Virus record (IMG/VR): IMGVR_UViG_3300030107_008258
Coordinates: 64,001 to 128,000 of that record
Origin: a virus
DNA: 64,000 nt
Direction: 5' to 3' (one strand)
Shown: positions 19,283 to 30,052 of the stretch, one piece after another
Numbering within the stretch: the first letter of the stretch is position 1
How the letters are laid out: every line of letters begins with the position of its first letter
Notes under the pieces: model-generated
The model's input: the letters and a program-made list of their open reading frames with translations, nothing else
Told to the model about the DNA's origin: nothing
The model's database searches: none
Translations under genes and position numbers: made by a program

Positions 19283-22200
19283 TAGTATATGTGCCTCACC
19301 ATTATTTTATCTCCGCTTGCTATTTCCCCATCTGTAAAGTAAAGGCCTGTTCCAGCGGTAACTGAAAAGTTTGCGCCGCTGTCCTGAACCAAGCCATTAA
19401 CGAAAACAAAAATTTCATCCGCGGTTGAAATTGATCGACTCATTTCAAACCCGCTAACCACACCATTTCCGGTAAATCTTTCGGTTAGATAACTAATATC
19501 CGCCGAAGCTCCCGCCGTTCCCGAAGGCCCTAAAGCTAAATGTCGGAAACTAATTTCATGCCCGCTTACAACTCCTGTCGTAAAAGAAACACCGGTTGCC
19601 CCTGCTAATGTATAATCTATAATTGGGGTTTGAATCAAACCCTCAACTGATACCAGCACATCCCTTGCGTTAGAGACGTTCTCTGAAAGTGCGTAATTAG
19701 TCGTGGTTCCATCCCCAGTATATACTTGATCGAAAGCTATACCGTGCCCTAGTGCGCCTAATTTATTAACATTTACGTAAAGTCTGTCGGGAGTAAAAGT
19801 ATTATCCGACAACTTCTTAATCATTAGTTGGGAGTTAGACAGTTTTTCTATGCCATAATCTACATCACTATCGTCTATGCCGCCAATTTGACCAATATAC
19901 TTATTTTCTGTAATGCCTGCTGATGTCGGGTGAGCGGCGGACGTAGGGGTAAAATTACTAGTATAACGAGCAAGTCCTTTTGTAACCCTGAAATCGTCTA
20001 TATAACCTTGGAATCCGTAACCCCCGTCAAGACTTGCGTTATGAATGTTGCCTATCCTAAATGGTCTGGATCTATCAAAATCAGTAGAGTTAGAGCCGGA
20101 ACCTCGAGCTGTTCCATCTATATAAAGAGTCATCGTAGAACCTTCTCTAACTACAGCAAAATGTTGCCATTGGTCATTAGTTTGATGATCTTGATTTATG
20201 TCAATGACATTAGAACGATTTACAGCGACTCTTAATTCATCGTTCCCGCCGCTCCCCAAGTATAAACCTATTCCATCAGTACTAGTAGTATCCTCTCCTC
20301 CTCTTGTTTCAAATATATATCCATAGGCAGTATGAGTCCTATAAACCCACATCTCTATGGTAAAATCACCTGTGCCAAAATTAAAATCAGAACTTCCAGC
20401 TATAGTAACGTGGTCGTTACTCCCTCCCGGTAAATAAAGACTACTCCCTCCGAACTTACTTTGCGCTGTAGAGATATCGGCGCTACCGTTAAAGCTTACG
20501 GTATGATTACTATCACTTTCGTCCGTGGTTGAAGTGGCGTCATTCGCACCATCAAACGGAAGAAGTAACTCTACTTTATCAAAATTTGAGTCTCCAACAG
20601 CCGAGTCTCTCTCCTCTATGACACTGACATCAAACTTATTATCTGCAAGATCAAGGTTAGAAATTGTACCACTTGCGTTTTGTAATATCCCAGTTCCTGT
20701 CCCTCCTAAAGTTAGACCGGTAAAATATCCTTGTTCAACAGATTGATGACCAGATAAAGTAGAAGTGTCGAAAGTTGTTTCTACTGCATTTCCTGCTGAG
20801 TTAACTGTTAAAACTCTATTCGCAGTAAATGATCCCGGCGTATCGCTTAAGCCAACGAATGTAGACGAGCCTCCTCCTCCGCCGCCGCCGCCCTCAAATA
20901 CAGAACCGCTTTGGTATATAGTGCCCGAGATTTCAATATCACCAACAACGTGGAATTTTTTCGAAGGGGTTATTGTACCTACGCCAACGTTCCCATCACC
21001 ATTTACAATTAAGTTGTTCGCATGAGCCGTGTCGTTCGGTCCAAAAGCTCTCGCGCCACCTTCGGCGACAATATATGCTGTAGTGTCGTTATCTGAAACG
21101 GCAATCTTAGCCCTGTTAGTTCTACTCTTAACTTTTAAACCTATTTCAGTTCCACCTTCAGAATTGAAAGTGACTACCTTTGTTTGTCCGCTAACAGAAT
21201 TACCAACTTGAAAATCTACTGATGGATCAGTAGTTCCTATACCAATTTTCCCTCCCGGTAGAATTGTAAGGCGATCAACTAAAGTATCATCTGACGCTCC
21301 CGGAGTTGCAAAAGCTATTTTGGCAGGAGCAGAAACAGTATTTGCCGCTCCATAGCGAGTAACGACTATCGCCGCAGAATTTCTATAAGTAGAACCACTA
21401 GGAGCGTAAGCCACATAAGAAGTTGTCCCAACAATATCTCCATCACTTGTTCCTGTTGGGCTAGCTTCTGTTCCGGTTGACCTTTGGAAAAATTGCCTTA
21501 CTGCACCCGAACTGTGTCCAGACCCGCTGTAATGCAACATAAGGTGACTCCCGTCTCCGGCCGAAATTTGTAATGATTTAGCCGGTGCATCAGTTCCTAT
21601 GCCGACTTTAGCCCCGTAGGGGTTTATAACTAAATCATCGTTGCTCTTGGTTTGAATCCATGCATAGTTTCCTCCGTCATGCGCCCCAATATTTAACCCA
21701 TTAGTAGCTGTTCCAAAATGTACGCCATGTGTGCTGGCCGATCCATCTGAAGAGTCAACTACCACTTGGAGCTTTGTGCTTGGGCTATCTGTTCCTATAC
21801 CAATTTTGCCGTCAGCAGTTATACGCATCGCCTCACTAACAGAAGTTCCGTTATTAGTTGTTAAAAACGACAGGTACCCATTAACCGCACTATCGGTATT
21901 GGACTGAACTCCTCCTCGAACTTCAGAATGGACTATATTAGCCGTACCATCATTATCTTTCCCTAGGAACTGAATGTATCCCAATGCTGCATCATCAGCA
22001 GGAGATGCGGCGTTATTGTATAATTGTAAGGTTACTGCGTTATCAGTTCTTTCGAATTTGATAGCGTCTCCAAGGACATGAAGCTTTTGGGCCGGTGCAT
22101 TAGTCCCTATGCCAACTAAGCCATCCGCTTGAACGCGCATTCTTTCTGCTGTGGAATAATAAATAAAATCATTAGAAGCAGAATAAAACATCAAATCGTT

Positions 22201-25200
22201 AGAAGTACCGCCTACAAGAGAGGCTTTAGTTCCAAAAGATCCCACATCAGTAGCACCCCTTAAGAAATTTATATGAGCACCTTTAGCCGAATCGCTTCCT
22301 CCTTGTAATTTTACTATAACATTAGCGTCGGTAGCGGAATATAAATGAAGCTTCGACGCTGGGGCGTTTGTCCCTATACCGACGCTACCACTTGAATCTA
22401 TCTTAACTGCTTCAGTAATCCCGCTGGTAGTCCCAACAAAAAGTGCTAAATCAGTAGCGGCAGATGCCCCTCCATCCAACGCGTACATTCCAGCGAATTC
22501 CTCTCCAGAATTACCTAAAGAAATACCACCAATTATATTATTGTTCGAGTTAGCTCCCCCACTAAATCCTAATTTAAGCCCGAGGTTTAAGGCGGTTGTG
22601 GTGGTTAAGGCAGTAACAGCTGAACCGTCTTGTCCTACTGCTGGGTAAGAAATATGAAGCTTGGTAGTGGGAGCTGCTATTCCTATACCAACATTACCTC
22701 CGGTCATGAAAGAAGCATTGTCTGAATCTAAACGAACAGTCTCAGTCCCTCCATCTTTCTTTATAGACAATCTTCCATCGCCCGCCGATTGACGGAACAC
22801 GAATAAACTATCTCCATCATGCGCAGCTATTTGTAAAGGGTTGGTATTATTATCTATACTTTTTATAGAAAAAGCATTGTCAGGATCTGCAGCTTGATTA
22901 ACTCCAACTACTGCACCATTATCTTGCATGGCCCCGGAAGTTAAAGTATTGCTATCAGACCATCTTGCCACGTAGCCTGCGACTCCCGCACCGTCCGTAA
23001 AGTTACCAGTCATCGAGGTATCAATTAAACTACCAGTTTCACTATCTAAAGTAGCAAGACCGCTGAGAGTTGATATCTCCGAAGTAAGAGTTTGACCCGT
23101 GGTTATCAAGTTACTGGTCAGCGTAGTAATATCACTATCATTACTTGTGATCTGCGTTTGCAAAGTTTGACCAGTAGTAATCAGATTCCCGCTAACGTCA
23201 TCTACAAAACTTCCAGTAGAGACTAAGTTACTAGTTAACGTAGATATGTCAGAATCGTTACTCGTGATTTGAGTCTGGAGTGTCTGGCCAGTGGTAACTA
23301 AGTTTGGAGCAGTCGCTACAAGACTTCCATCCGCAGCTAGGGGAAAATTCAGCTCGAATCTATCTGTAGAATCGTTAAATAAAATATTTGCATTTGCCGC
23401 GCTTCCCCGATTTATCGTAATACCCCCAGAAACCAAGGTAATCCCAGCGCCAGATTCACCACTGTTAATTTCAATTAAGTTATCCTTAATAGCAAGATTT
23501 GTAGCGGTGATAGTTGTTTGAGTACCTGTTACATTTAAGTCTCCTATAGTTACTGTATCGCTAAAAGTTTTATTGCCCGCAATAGTCTGGTTAGATGTAA
23601 GCTTAACAGTTGTGGTATCTAGAGTATTACCTGTTGAAGCCAAATTTGAAGTTAAAGTAGTTATATCACTATCATTTGAAGTGATTTGAGTTTGTAAGGT
23701 TTGCCCCGTGGTTATTAGGTTCCCGCTAATATCATCAACAACTGCCCCGGTTGAAACTAGGTTAGAGGAAACCGTATTAATATTAGTTGTTAAAGTTTGC
23801 CCAGTAGTAACCAAGTTACTAGTCAAAGTAGAAATATCAGAGTCGTTACTAGTTATCTGCGTCTGTAACGTTTGACCAGTGGTAATCAGATTACCACTAA
23901 TATCGTCAACAACTGCTCCGGTTGAAACTAGGTTGCTAGTTAAGGTCGTTATGTCAGAATCATTGCTAGTTATTTGCGTTTGCAGAGTCTGACCACTAGT
24001 AATAAGGTTTCCACTAACATCGTCGACTACTGAACCCGTTGAAACCAAATTAGTTGAGACTGTGTTTATATTAGTGGTCAATGTTTGACCAGTCGTGACT
24101 AAATTACTTGTTAGCGTCGATATGTCTGAATCATTACTAGTTATCTGAGTCTGTAATGTCTGCCCTGTTGTTATAAGATTTCCGCTAACATCATCAACCA
24201 CACTACCTGTTGAAACCAAATTACTCGATACAGTGTTTGTGTTTGTTGTTAAAGTCTGCCCGGTAGTAACCAAATTAGCGGATGTAGCAAAAACTCCTGT
24301 TTCAGCATCTGTGACCAAAGTTCCCGACTCTAAAAATTCGACAGAATCCCCTGCTGAATTAACAGCGAGCAACCTGCTAGCGGTCAAAGCGCCGGGAGTA
24401 TCACTCAATCCAACAAATGTCGAGCTTCCCCCTCCTCCTCCAGCACTTACTCCTGAAAATATCAATCCATCTCTATCGGCATTTACCACGACAGATTGGC
24501 CTACTGCACCCAAACTACCCGGAGTATCATCCAAATCTAGGAAGTTTACTGCAAAATCCCCCGTCATGGACGTATCAACTAAATTACCAGTTTCAGAATC
24601 GAGCGTTGCGACTCCACTTAATGTATCAATTTTGGAGTCTAACGTACTTCCAGTTGAAGAGAGATTAGATGTTAATGTTGATATATCTGAATCATTGCTG
24701 GTAATTTGTGTTTGCAGCGTTTGGCCGGTGGTAACCAAATTAGAAGTTAGAGTAGTTATATCACTATCGTTAGAAGTTATTTGGGTCTGCAGAGTTTGGC
24801 CCGTTGTTACTAAATTGCTTGTAATTGTAGATATATCGGAATCGTTAGAAGTAATTTGTGACTGAAGTGTTTGTCCAGTTGTAATTAAATTACTTGTTAT
24901 AGTTGATATATCTGAATCATTGCTTGTTGTTAAACCTGACACTATAGCTATTTCGTCAGTTAATGTTTGTCCGGTAGTTATTAAATTAGAAGTAACGGTA
25001 GCTAAATCGGTATCGTTCCCCTGAGTGAGTCCTGAAACTGTTACTATATCAGCGGCTAAAGTTGAACCTGTAGAAGCTAAATTAGTAGTTAAAGTAGTTA
25101 CTTCAGAATCCAAGGTTGAACCTGTAGAAGCGAGGTTGCTAGTTAGGCTTGAAATGTCTGTATCGTTAGAAGTTATTTGTGTTTGTAAAGTCTGCCCTGT

Positions 25201-27444
25201 CGTAATAAGGTTTGCAGCTTCGGCAAAAACTCCTGTTTGACTCTGTTTGACTGCTAGACTTCCCTCAACAGATAAGGGAAAATTAACTTCAAACTGATCG
25301 GTAGAATCATTAAATAAGATATTGGCGTCGGTAGCGCTTCCCCTGTCTATAACAAGACCTCCTGAAGAAAGCGTTATTCCAGCTCCGTCTTCACCACTAT
25401 TCAAAACAATAATATTGTCTTTAATGGCCGTATCGGTTGTTTCAACAATTGTACGAGTACCAGTAACTGTTAAGTTTTTGATTGAGACATCACCAAAAGT
25501 AATAGTTCCTGTCGTATCGAATTTTATTCCTCCTTCTGAAGGAGATGATAAAGTTGCTTCGCTTCCTATTTTAATTGAGTCTGAGGATACAATTAAATCG
25601 TCAAAATGTCCGCTCCTAAACGGTAACGAAGGAGACCCTAAATTAATAGTCCCACTTGCATTAGGTAAGATTTCTCCCGAAATTGTTCCCCCCGCTTTGT
25701 TAAGTTTTATATCTTGTATCTCTCCTGTAGCAGTTTGTAAGGTAGAAATATCGGAATCGTTACTGGTAATTTGGGATTGTAAATTATTTCCCGTCGATAT
25801 TAAGTTGCCGCTTACAGTATCAATATCATCTTGAAGATTTTGGCCTGTCGTAATTAGGTTTCCGCTTAGGGTATCTCTTTTGCTATCTAGGGTGTTACCA
25901 GAAGAAATCAAATTACCGCTTAGGGTATCTCTCTTTTGATCTAAGGTATTACCTGTTGAAATAATGTTTCCGCTTAAAGTATCCCTTTTCTCGTCTAGAG
26001 TATTTCCTGAAGAAATTAAATTTCCGCTCAATATATCTCTTAACGAATCAAGATGATTACCTGTAGATATAATTGTGTTAGTGAGTGTTGTGCCTGTTGT
26101 TATTAAGTTACCACTTAATGTAGTTATGTCGGCATCATTACCAATAATCTGATTCTCTAAATTATTTCCTGTAGAAATTATGTTTGTATTAATTGATGCA
26201 ATGTCTGAATCATTGCTATTAATTTGGGCCTGAAGATTATTACCTGTTGAAATAAGATTCCCACTTAAAGTATCACGCGAAGCATCTAGGGCATTTCCCG
26301 TCGATATTAAATTCCCACTTAAAGTATCCCTTTGTGAATCTAAAGTATTCCCCGTTGCGATTAAATCGGGGTCAGTGGCAAAAGTTCCAGAGTTTAAATA
26401 TAGAAGAGATTCGCTTGATGAATCAACAGCTACTAGCCCTCCATTGGCCGGAAATTGAGTTTGCAAGGAAGAATAATCATTGGGCGCATCAACTAAACCT
26501 GTGAACTTGACCGCCCCACCACCTTCTCCACCTACTCCCGTAACAGGGGGTATATCGTAGGCAATTCCATCTCCCGCGCTATTTACTTTTAAATATTTTC
26601 CTTGGTTTCCTGCTAATGTTACATCATCCAAATCTTTTATATGAGTGGCAAAATTGCCCGTCATGGAATGAAAAACAGACAAGCCGCTTAAGGTGTTTAC
26701 TTCTGTAGTAAGGTATGATCCTGTTGAAGCAAGATTAGTTGTTAAGGTTTGACCAGTAGTTATTAAATTAGCGGCTACTGTAGACCCTGTCGATTGTAAA
26801 TTAGTTGTAAGATTAGCGATATCTGTGTCATTGGTAGTAATTTGGCCTTGTAATGTTTGTCCTGTTACTACAAGGTTGGGAGCTAGCGCTAACTCGCTCC
26901 CGTCTACCGCAACAGGAAAGTTTAATTCAAACCTATCAGTATTATCGTTAAAAAGTATTGTAGCATTTTCTAGAGTTCCCCTATCTACAACTAATCCTCC
27001 CGAAGTAAGAGTAATTCCCGCTCCAGCTTCACCGCTATTTATTACAATTATATTATCTTTGACCGCGAGATCAGTAGAACTTATTATAGATTGAGTTCCT
27101 GTTACAGTTAGATTCTTAACCTTAATATCGCCAAAGATAGTTTCTCCCTCGGTATCGAAACTAAACCCCCCTCCCGGTCCTGCCGAAATCGTAGCCTCAT
27201 CTCCTAATTTTAAAGAGTCAGCCGCAAGATGAGCTGTCTTTGCATAAAGATTCAAAAACCGCTTGGAAGGTGAACCTAAATCTACCGTATCAGTTTGGTG
27301 GGGAAGAAGAGCCCCAGAAATAATACCTCCCTTTGTCCCCAGTTTATCTTCCTGTAGATTTGTGGTGACGATAGCTGTCGATGTTTTTCCCTCTACCGAC
27401 GTTTCGGTTTTGCCGCTGATTACAACATCTACAGAAATAGCCAT
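19282..27444 (-). CDS. Giant fibre protein (2720 aa): coiled-coil repeats, GNVGIGT modules, LamG domain
   Basis: Contains 18- and 25-aa Ser/Thr-rich coiled-coil repeats, three NLTVTGT...KDNII.INSGE.GAGITL beta domains, about 7 G.VGIGT modules, a LamG domain and two terminal (Y/F)TG.G...V.GL.Q domains. Confidence 0.85.
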   Translation of the reverse strand: MAISVDVVISGKTETSVEGKTSTAIVTTNLQEDKLGTKGGIISGALLPHQTDTVDLGSPSKRFLNLYAKTAHLAADSLKLGDEATISAGPGGGFSFDTEGETIFGDIKVKNLTVTGTQSIISSTDLAVKDNIIVINSGEAGAGITLTSGGLVVDRGTLENATILFNDNTDRFELNFPVAVDGSELALAPNLVVTGQTLQGQITTNDTDIANLTTNLQSTGSTVAANLITTGQTLTTNLASTGSYLTTEVNTLSGLSVFHSMTGNFATHIKDLDDVTLAGNQGKYLKVNSAGDGIAYDIPPVTGVGGEGGGAVKFTGLVDAPNDYSSLQTQFPANGGLVAVDSSSESLLYLNSGTFATDPDLIATGNTLDSQRDTLSGNLISTGNALDASRDTLSGNLISTGNNLQAQINSNDSDIASINTNIISTGNNLENQIIGNDADITTLSGNLITTGTTLTNTIISTGNHLDSLRDILSGNLISSGNTLDEKRDTLSGNIISTGNTLDQKRDTLSGNLISSGNTLDSKRDTLSGNLITTGQNLQDDIDTVSGNLISTGNNLQSQITSNDSDISTLQTATGEIQDIKLNKAGGTISGEILPNASGTINLGSPSLPFRSGHFDDLIVSSDSIKIGSEATLSSPSEGGIKFDTTGTITFGDVSIKNLTVTGTRTIVETTDTAIKDNIIVLNSGEDGAGITLSSGGLVIDRGSATDANILFNDSTDQFEVNFPLSVEGSLAVKQSQTGVFAEAANLITTGQTLQTQITSNDTDISSLTSNLASTGSTLDSEVTTLTTNLASTGSTLAADIVTVSGLTQGNDTDLATVTSNLITTGQTLTDEIAIVSGLTTSNDSDISTITSNLITTGQTLQSQITSNDSDISTITSNLVTTGQTLQTQITSNDSDITTLTSNLVTTGQTLQTQITSNDSDISTLTSNLSSTGSTLDSKIDTLSGVATLDSETGNLVDTSMTGDFAVNFLDLDDTPGSLGAVGQSVVVNADRDGLIFSGVSAGGGGGSSTFVGLSDTPGALTASRLLAVNSAGDSVEFLESGTLVTDAETGVFATSANLVTTGQTLTTNTNTVSSNLVSTGSVVDDVSGNLITTGQTLQTQITSNDSDISTLTSNLVTTGQTLTTNINTVSTNLVSTGSVVDDVSGNLITSGQTLQTQITSNDSDITTLTSNLVSTGAVVDDISGNLITTGQTLQTQITSNDSDISTLTSNLVTTGQTLTTNINTVSSNLVSTGAVVDDISGNLITTGQTLQTQITSNDSDITTLTSNLASTGNTLDTTTVKLTSNQTIAGNKTFSDTVTIGDLNVTGTQTTITATNLAIKDNLIEINSGESGAGITLVSGGITINRGSAANANILFNDSTDRFELNFPLAADGSLVATAPNLVTTGQTLQTQITSNDSDISTLTSNLVSTGSFVDDVSGNLITTGQTLQTQITSNDSDITTLTSNLITTGQTLTSEISTLSGLATLDSETGSLIDTSMTGNFTDGAGVAGYVARWSDSNTLTSGAMQDNGAVVGVNQAADPDNAFSIKSIDNNTNPLQIAAHDGDSLFVFRQSAGDGRLSIKKDGGTETVRLDSDNASFMTGGNVGIGIAAPTTKLHISYPAVGQDGSAVTALTTTTALNLGLKLGFSGGANSNNNIIGGISLGNSGEEFAGMYALDGGASAATDLALFVGTTSGITEAVKIDSSGSVGIGTNAPASKLHLYSATDANVIVKLQGGSDSAKGAHINFLRGATDVGSFGTKASLVGGTSNDLMFYSASNDFIYYSTAERMRVQADGLVGIGTNAPAQKLHVLGDAIKFERTDNAVTLQLYNNAASPADDAALGYIQFLGKDNDGTANIVHSEVRGGVQSNTDSAVNGYLSFLTTNNGTSVSEAMRITADGKIGIGTDSPSTKLQVVVDSSDGSASTHGVHFGTATNGLNIGAHDGGNYAWIQTKSNDDLVINPYGAKVGIGTDAPAKSLQISAGDGSHLMLHYSGSGHSSGAVRQFFQRSTGTEASPTGTSDGDIVGTTSYVAYAPSGSTYRNSAAIVVTRYGAANTVSAPAKIAFATPGASDDTLVDRLTILPGGKIGIGTTDPSVDFQVGNSVSGQTKVVTFNSEGGTEIGLKVKSRTNRAKIAVSDNDTTAYIVAEGGARAFGPNDTAHANNLIVNGDGNVGVGTITPSKKFHVVGDIEISGTIYQSGSVFEGGGGGGGGSSTFVGLSDTPGSFTANRVLTVNSAGNAVETTFDTSTLSGHQSVEQGYFTGLTLGGTGTGILQNASGTISNLDLADNKFDVSVIEERDSAVGDSNFDKVELLLPFDGANDATSTTDESDSNHTVSFNGSADISTAQSKFGGSSLYLPGGSNDHVTIAGSSDFNFGTGDFTIEMWVYRTHTAYGYIFETRGGEDTTSTDGIGLYLGSGGNDELRVAVNRSNVIDINQDHQTNDQWQHFAVVREGSTMTLYIDGTARGSGSNSTDFDRSRPFRIGNIHNASLDGGYGFQGYIDDFRVTKGLARYTSNFTPTSAAHPTSAGITENKYIGQIGGIDDSDVDYGIEKLSNSQLMIKKLSDNTFTPDRLYVNVNKLGALGHGIAFDQVYTGDGTTTNYALSENVSNARDVLVSVEGLIQTPIIDYTLAGATGVSFTTGVVSGHEISFRHLALGPSGTAGASADISYLTERFTGNGVVSGFEMSRSISTADEIFVFVNGLVQDSGANFSVTAGTGLYFTDGEIASGDKIMVRHIY
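23050..26900 (-). repeat. Tandem 18-aa and 25-aa coiled-coil repeats (LSGNLISTGNTLDxKRDT; LTSNLVTTGQTLQTQITSNDSDIST)
   Basis: Directly visible in the translation. The DNA repeats are synonymously diverged. Confidence 0.9.
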
Positions 27445-27445
27445 T

Positions 27446-27829
27446 TTAAGAATTAGATGGTTGAGTCACTTCAGGAAAGACATTGAAATCGCCTTTCATT
27501 AATTTTACTACAGCGCCATTAGCGTCTTCTCCGGCTCCTGTTGGGTATCTTTCTATATCATAAACAAATTGACCCACGGGCAAGTCTACAGTTTGAGTTC
27601 CACTTAAATAAATGTCAATTAAACCACTTATCCATGCGTCTCCATTATTTCCCGAAACAATAGTAGGCGAAAGATCTATAAGAGAAGAAGCGCTACTGTA
27701 ACGATATTTAACTACTCCTCGAGCTCCATAACCGCTCAAATCTATAGCGTTTCCGTTCGTGTCCTTTACATTTAACCGAACACTTAATTCCGAACCTTGA
27801 GAAGCGTCAAAATTATAAACCGTTGCCAT
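27446..27829 (-). CDS. Fibre/baseplate adaptor (BppU-N-like Ig fold)
   Basis: QGS...LNVKDTNGNAIDLSGY.ARG.VK...G.FVYDIE....VKLMKGDF.VFPEVT is typical of BppU N-terminal-like phage proteins. Confidence 0.7.
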   Translation of the reverse strand: MATVYNFDASQGSELSVRLNVKDTNGNAIDLSGYGARGVVKYRYSSASSLIDLSPTIVSGNNGDAWISGLIDIYLSGTQTVDLPVGQFVYDIERYPTGAGEDANGAVVKLMKGDFNVFPEVTQPSNS

Positions 27830-27868
27830 ATAGTTTTATTACACTATATGCAGGTTTTTTTTGAAATA

Positions 27869-28234
27869 TTATCTTCCTTCTGAAAGTATTTTCATGCCTT
27901 CGGCATTTATCTTCGCATTAGCATCCGGTTCTGTGATGGGTTTTTTATAAGCGGATACATGTTTTCTAAATTCTCGCATTAACCTTTCCCTTAACATTCC
28001 TCTATTATCAATAGGAATAATACCTACCCTAGAAGCATGACTTTGCAGGTCTGACATGTTCATGTCGTCTAAACGCTTTTGATATTGCATGTCATCCATC
28101 GTACCATACATACTGCTTCCATCGTCTCCCCATATTTGGTCTAGAGTAGTTGCCTCAAATTTTTCTACTTTTGCATGAGTTTGAGACATTTTTTTAACAG
28201 AAGTCTTTTTTGAAGTTTTCCTTTTTGCTGCCAT
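27869..28234 (-). CDS. Hypothetical protein downstream of capsid gene
   Basis: 121 aa with an AAGGAA SD and a GTGTA element. It has a small helical domain (LDDMNMSDLQSHASRVGI). Confidence 0.7.
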   Translation of the reverse strand: MAAKRKTSKKTSVKKMSQTHAKVEKFEATTLDQIWGDDGSSMYGTMDDMQYQKRLDDMNMSDLQSHASRVGIIPIDNRGMLRERLMREFRKHVSAYKKPITEPDANAKINAEGMKILSEGR

Positions 28235-28275
28235 AATCTTATTCCTTATAGTAGTAGAAAATACACTTTTTTTCC

Positions 28276-28312
28276 AAAAAATAGAAAACCCCGACCCTTA
28301 CGGGCCGGGGTT
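28276..28312 (-). terminator. Rho-independent terminator after major capsid gene
   Basis: Minus-strand RNA reads AACCCCGGCCC-GUAA-GGGUCGGGGUUUUCUAUUUUUU (GNRA loop). Confidence 0.88.
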
Positions 28313-28334
28313 GCTAAATGTTATTTATTAGCGA

Positions 28335-29426
28335 TTATGGACGCTCAAACACTAAACCAACCAAAACACGAGCATCAAGAAGGACACGTCCTTCTTCGAT
28401 ACCGCCGTAAAAGCCGGTCTTGTCTTGACGTTGAGCGAATTGGTCATCCGGAAGAGCGGTGAAAGTACCACCTGTCTCAGAATTCCGAGCAACTGGACGA
28501 ACCAATGCTTCACGAGAACGATCCACACCTACAACAACCTGATCATCACCAGTAAAGGTACCTCCATAAAAGGTGCCAAACAAAGTGTTGTACTTCTGGC
28601 CATTACCGAATTCGATAAGATCAATAACATTGATACCGAAAAGGTTCTGGAATCCAGCGGTGCGATACATTTCGTCCTTCACGCCGTCTCCAACCTGCTC
28701 AGCACTAGAGCTAAACGGATTGAAGGCAAGGTGACGGATGTCTCCTACGATCTCTGGAGAAACGAACAAGTCCGTAATTCCACGAGAATAAGGAGCAGCT
28801 GGAGTACCACCAGCATAAGAAGTATTAAGCCTCTTCATCTTTACCATCATATCGTTAAGATAAGCTAAGCTAAACTTAGCGTCACTCTCAGATGTCTTAT
28901 CAACAACGTTATCGCCAGCAGAACCACTACCAGTGGCGCCTTTAGCTTCTGCAAGGCCCTTCAAAAGAACTGCCCAAGCGTTACGATCCTGCTTGACCAA
29001 TACTTCGTTAGCCATACGCTCAACTGATTTGCTTACGACGTCCAAGCGACTCTTACGAGCATACTTTTTAAGGAAGCTTACCGCACTATCAAGTTTGTAA
29101 GTTGAGATTTTCAACTCAGCGTTACCTGCAATTTGAGAAGATGGAAGACCACCTGCCATTTGCTGGGACCAAATAGTAACGTAGTTATCAGTTCCACGTT
29201 GATCATAGAACAAATCTAGCGGATAACTAGGATTGTCGTCTTCATCATACTCTACGTTAGTATAAACATACGCAGCCGTATTTGCTTGATCTAGAACCTG
29301 CTGAACAACTGGTCCGATAAAAGCGGCAAAAGCCTCTGTTGCCGGACGAGAAATATCTGGGTTCTTGGAGCCCATAGCCTTGATTAGTTCGACCTGCTCC
29401 GGAGTATTTTTAAGTTTTAATTTCAT
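28335..29426 (-). CDS. Major capsid protein (HK97-fold, putative)
   Basis: 363 aa with a strong AGGAG SD. Last gene of the protease-decoration-capsid operon and followed by a terminator. TDLFVSPE and NLFGINVI resemble HK97 A-domain motifs. Confidence 0.82.
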   Translation of the reverse strand: MKLKLKNTPEQVELIKAMGSKNPDISRPATEAFAAFIGPVVQQVLDQANTAAYVYTNVEYDEDDNPSYPLDLFYDQRGTDNYVTIWSQQMAGGLPSSQIAGNAELKISTYKLDSAVSFLKKYARKSRLDVVSKSVERMANEVLVKQDRNAWAVLLKGLAEAKGATGSGSAGDNVVDKTSESDAKFSLAYLNDMMVKMKRLNTSYAGGTPAAPYSRGITDLFVSPEIVGDIRHLAFNPFSSSAEQVGDGVKDEMYRTAGFQNLFGINVIDLIEFGNGQKYNTLFGTFYGGTFTGDDQVVVGVDRSREALVRPVARNSETGGTFTALPDDQFAQRQDKTGFYGGIEEGRVLLDARVLVGLVFERP

Positions 29427-29444
29427 ATCAATTTTCTCCTTTTA

Positions 29445-30032
29445 TTAACCTTGGGTGAAGTCGAATTTAACCAAAACTGAACCGTCCGCATCTGGACCGC
29501 CCAAAGTTCTGCCGATTCTGTTATTAGTAGCCTTGGCTCCCAAATTGGTTACCTGACCACTACCTGTAGCGAAAACGTCTTGATCCTGAAGGATGCCTGC
29601 AGAACTAGCCCATGCACCAGTTGCCATAAGGAAAATTCCTCGTGTAGCAATTGGAACTGCCTGACCTGTTAAACTGCACTGCAATTCAGCCTGCTTACGC
29701 GGGTTGAACTTCAAAGCTTCTCCGTTTTCGTCATATTCCCGAACGTCATAAAGCATAATGCCTAGAGCAGCTTCATCAGCTCCTCCATCAGTATACTGAA
29801 CGTCCGCCGCCACTCCCCACCGTGTAGAAACGGTGTTTGCGTATCCAGCACCAACATTGCCAATTTGGCTTAGCTCATTGGTATTGCTCCAACCTGTCAA
29901 AACCTTAACACATGATCCAGCATAAACTACATCACTTGTGCCAAGTGCTTGATTGGGGTCACCAAAAGCGAACAAATTGATAACATCGTGCTCACTGTAA
30001 TCCCTAAAGGGCTTTAGTCTTTCGTTTGCCAT
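29445..30032 (-). CDS. Capsid decoration/cement protein (putative)
   Basis: 195 aa, Gly/Ala-rich with a beta-tulip-like pattern (ALGIML, GQAVPIATRG). It has an AGGAG SD and lies between the scaffold and capsid genes. Confidence 0.65.
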   Translation of the reverse strand: MANERLKPFRDYSEHDVINLFAFGDPNQALGTSDVVYAGSCVKVLTGWSNTNELSQIGNVGAGYANTVSTRWGVAADVQYTDGGADEAALGIMLYDVREYDENGEALKFNPRKQAELQCSLTGQAVPIATRGIFLMATGAWASSAGILQDQDVFATGSGQVTNLGAKATNNRIGRTLGGPDADGSVLVKFDFTQG

Positions 30033-30052
30033 AATGTATATCTCCTAATTAT

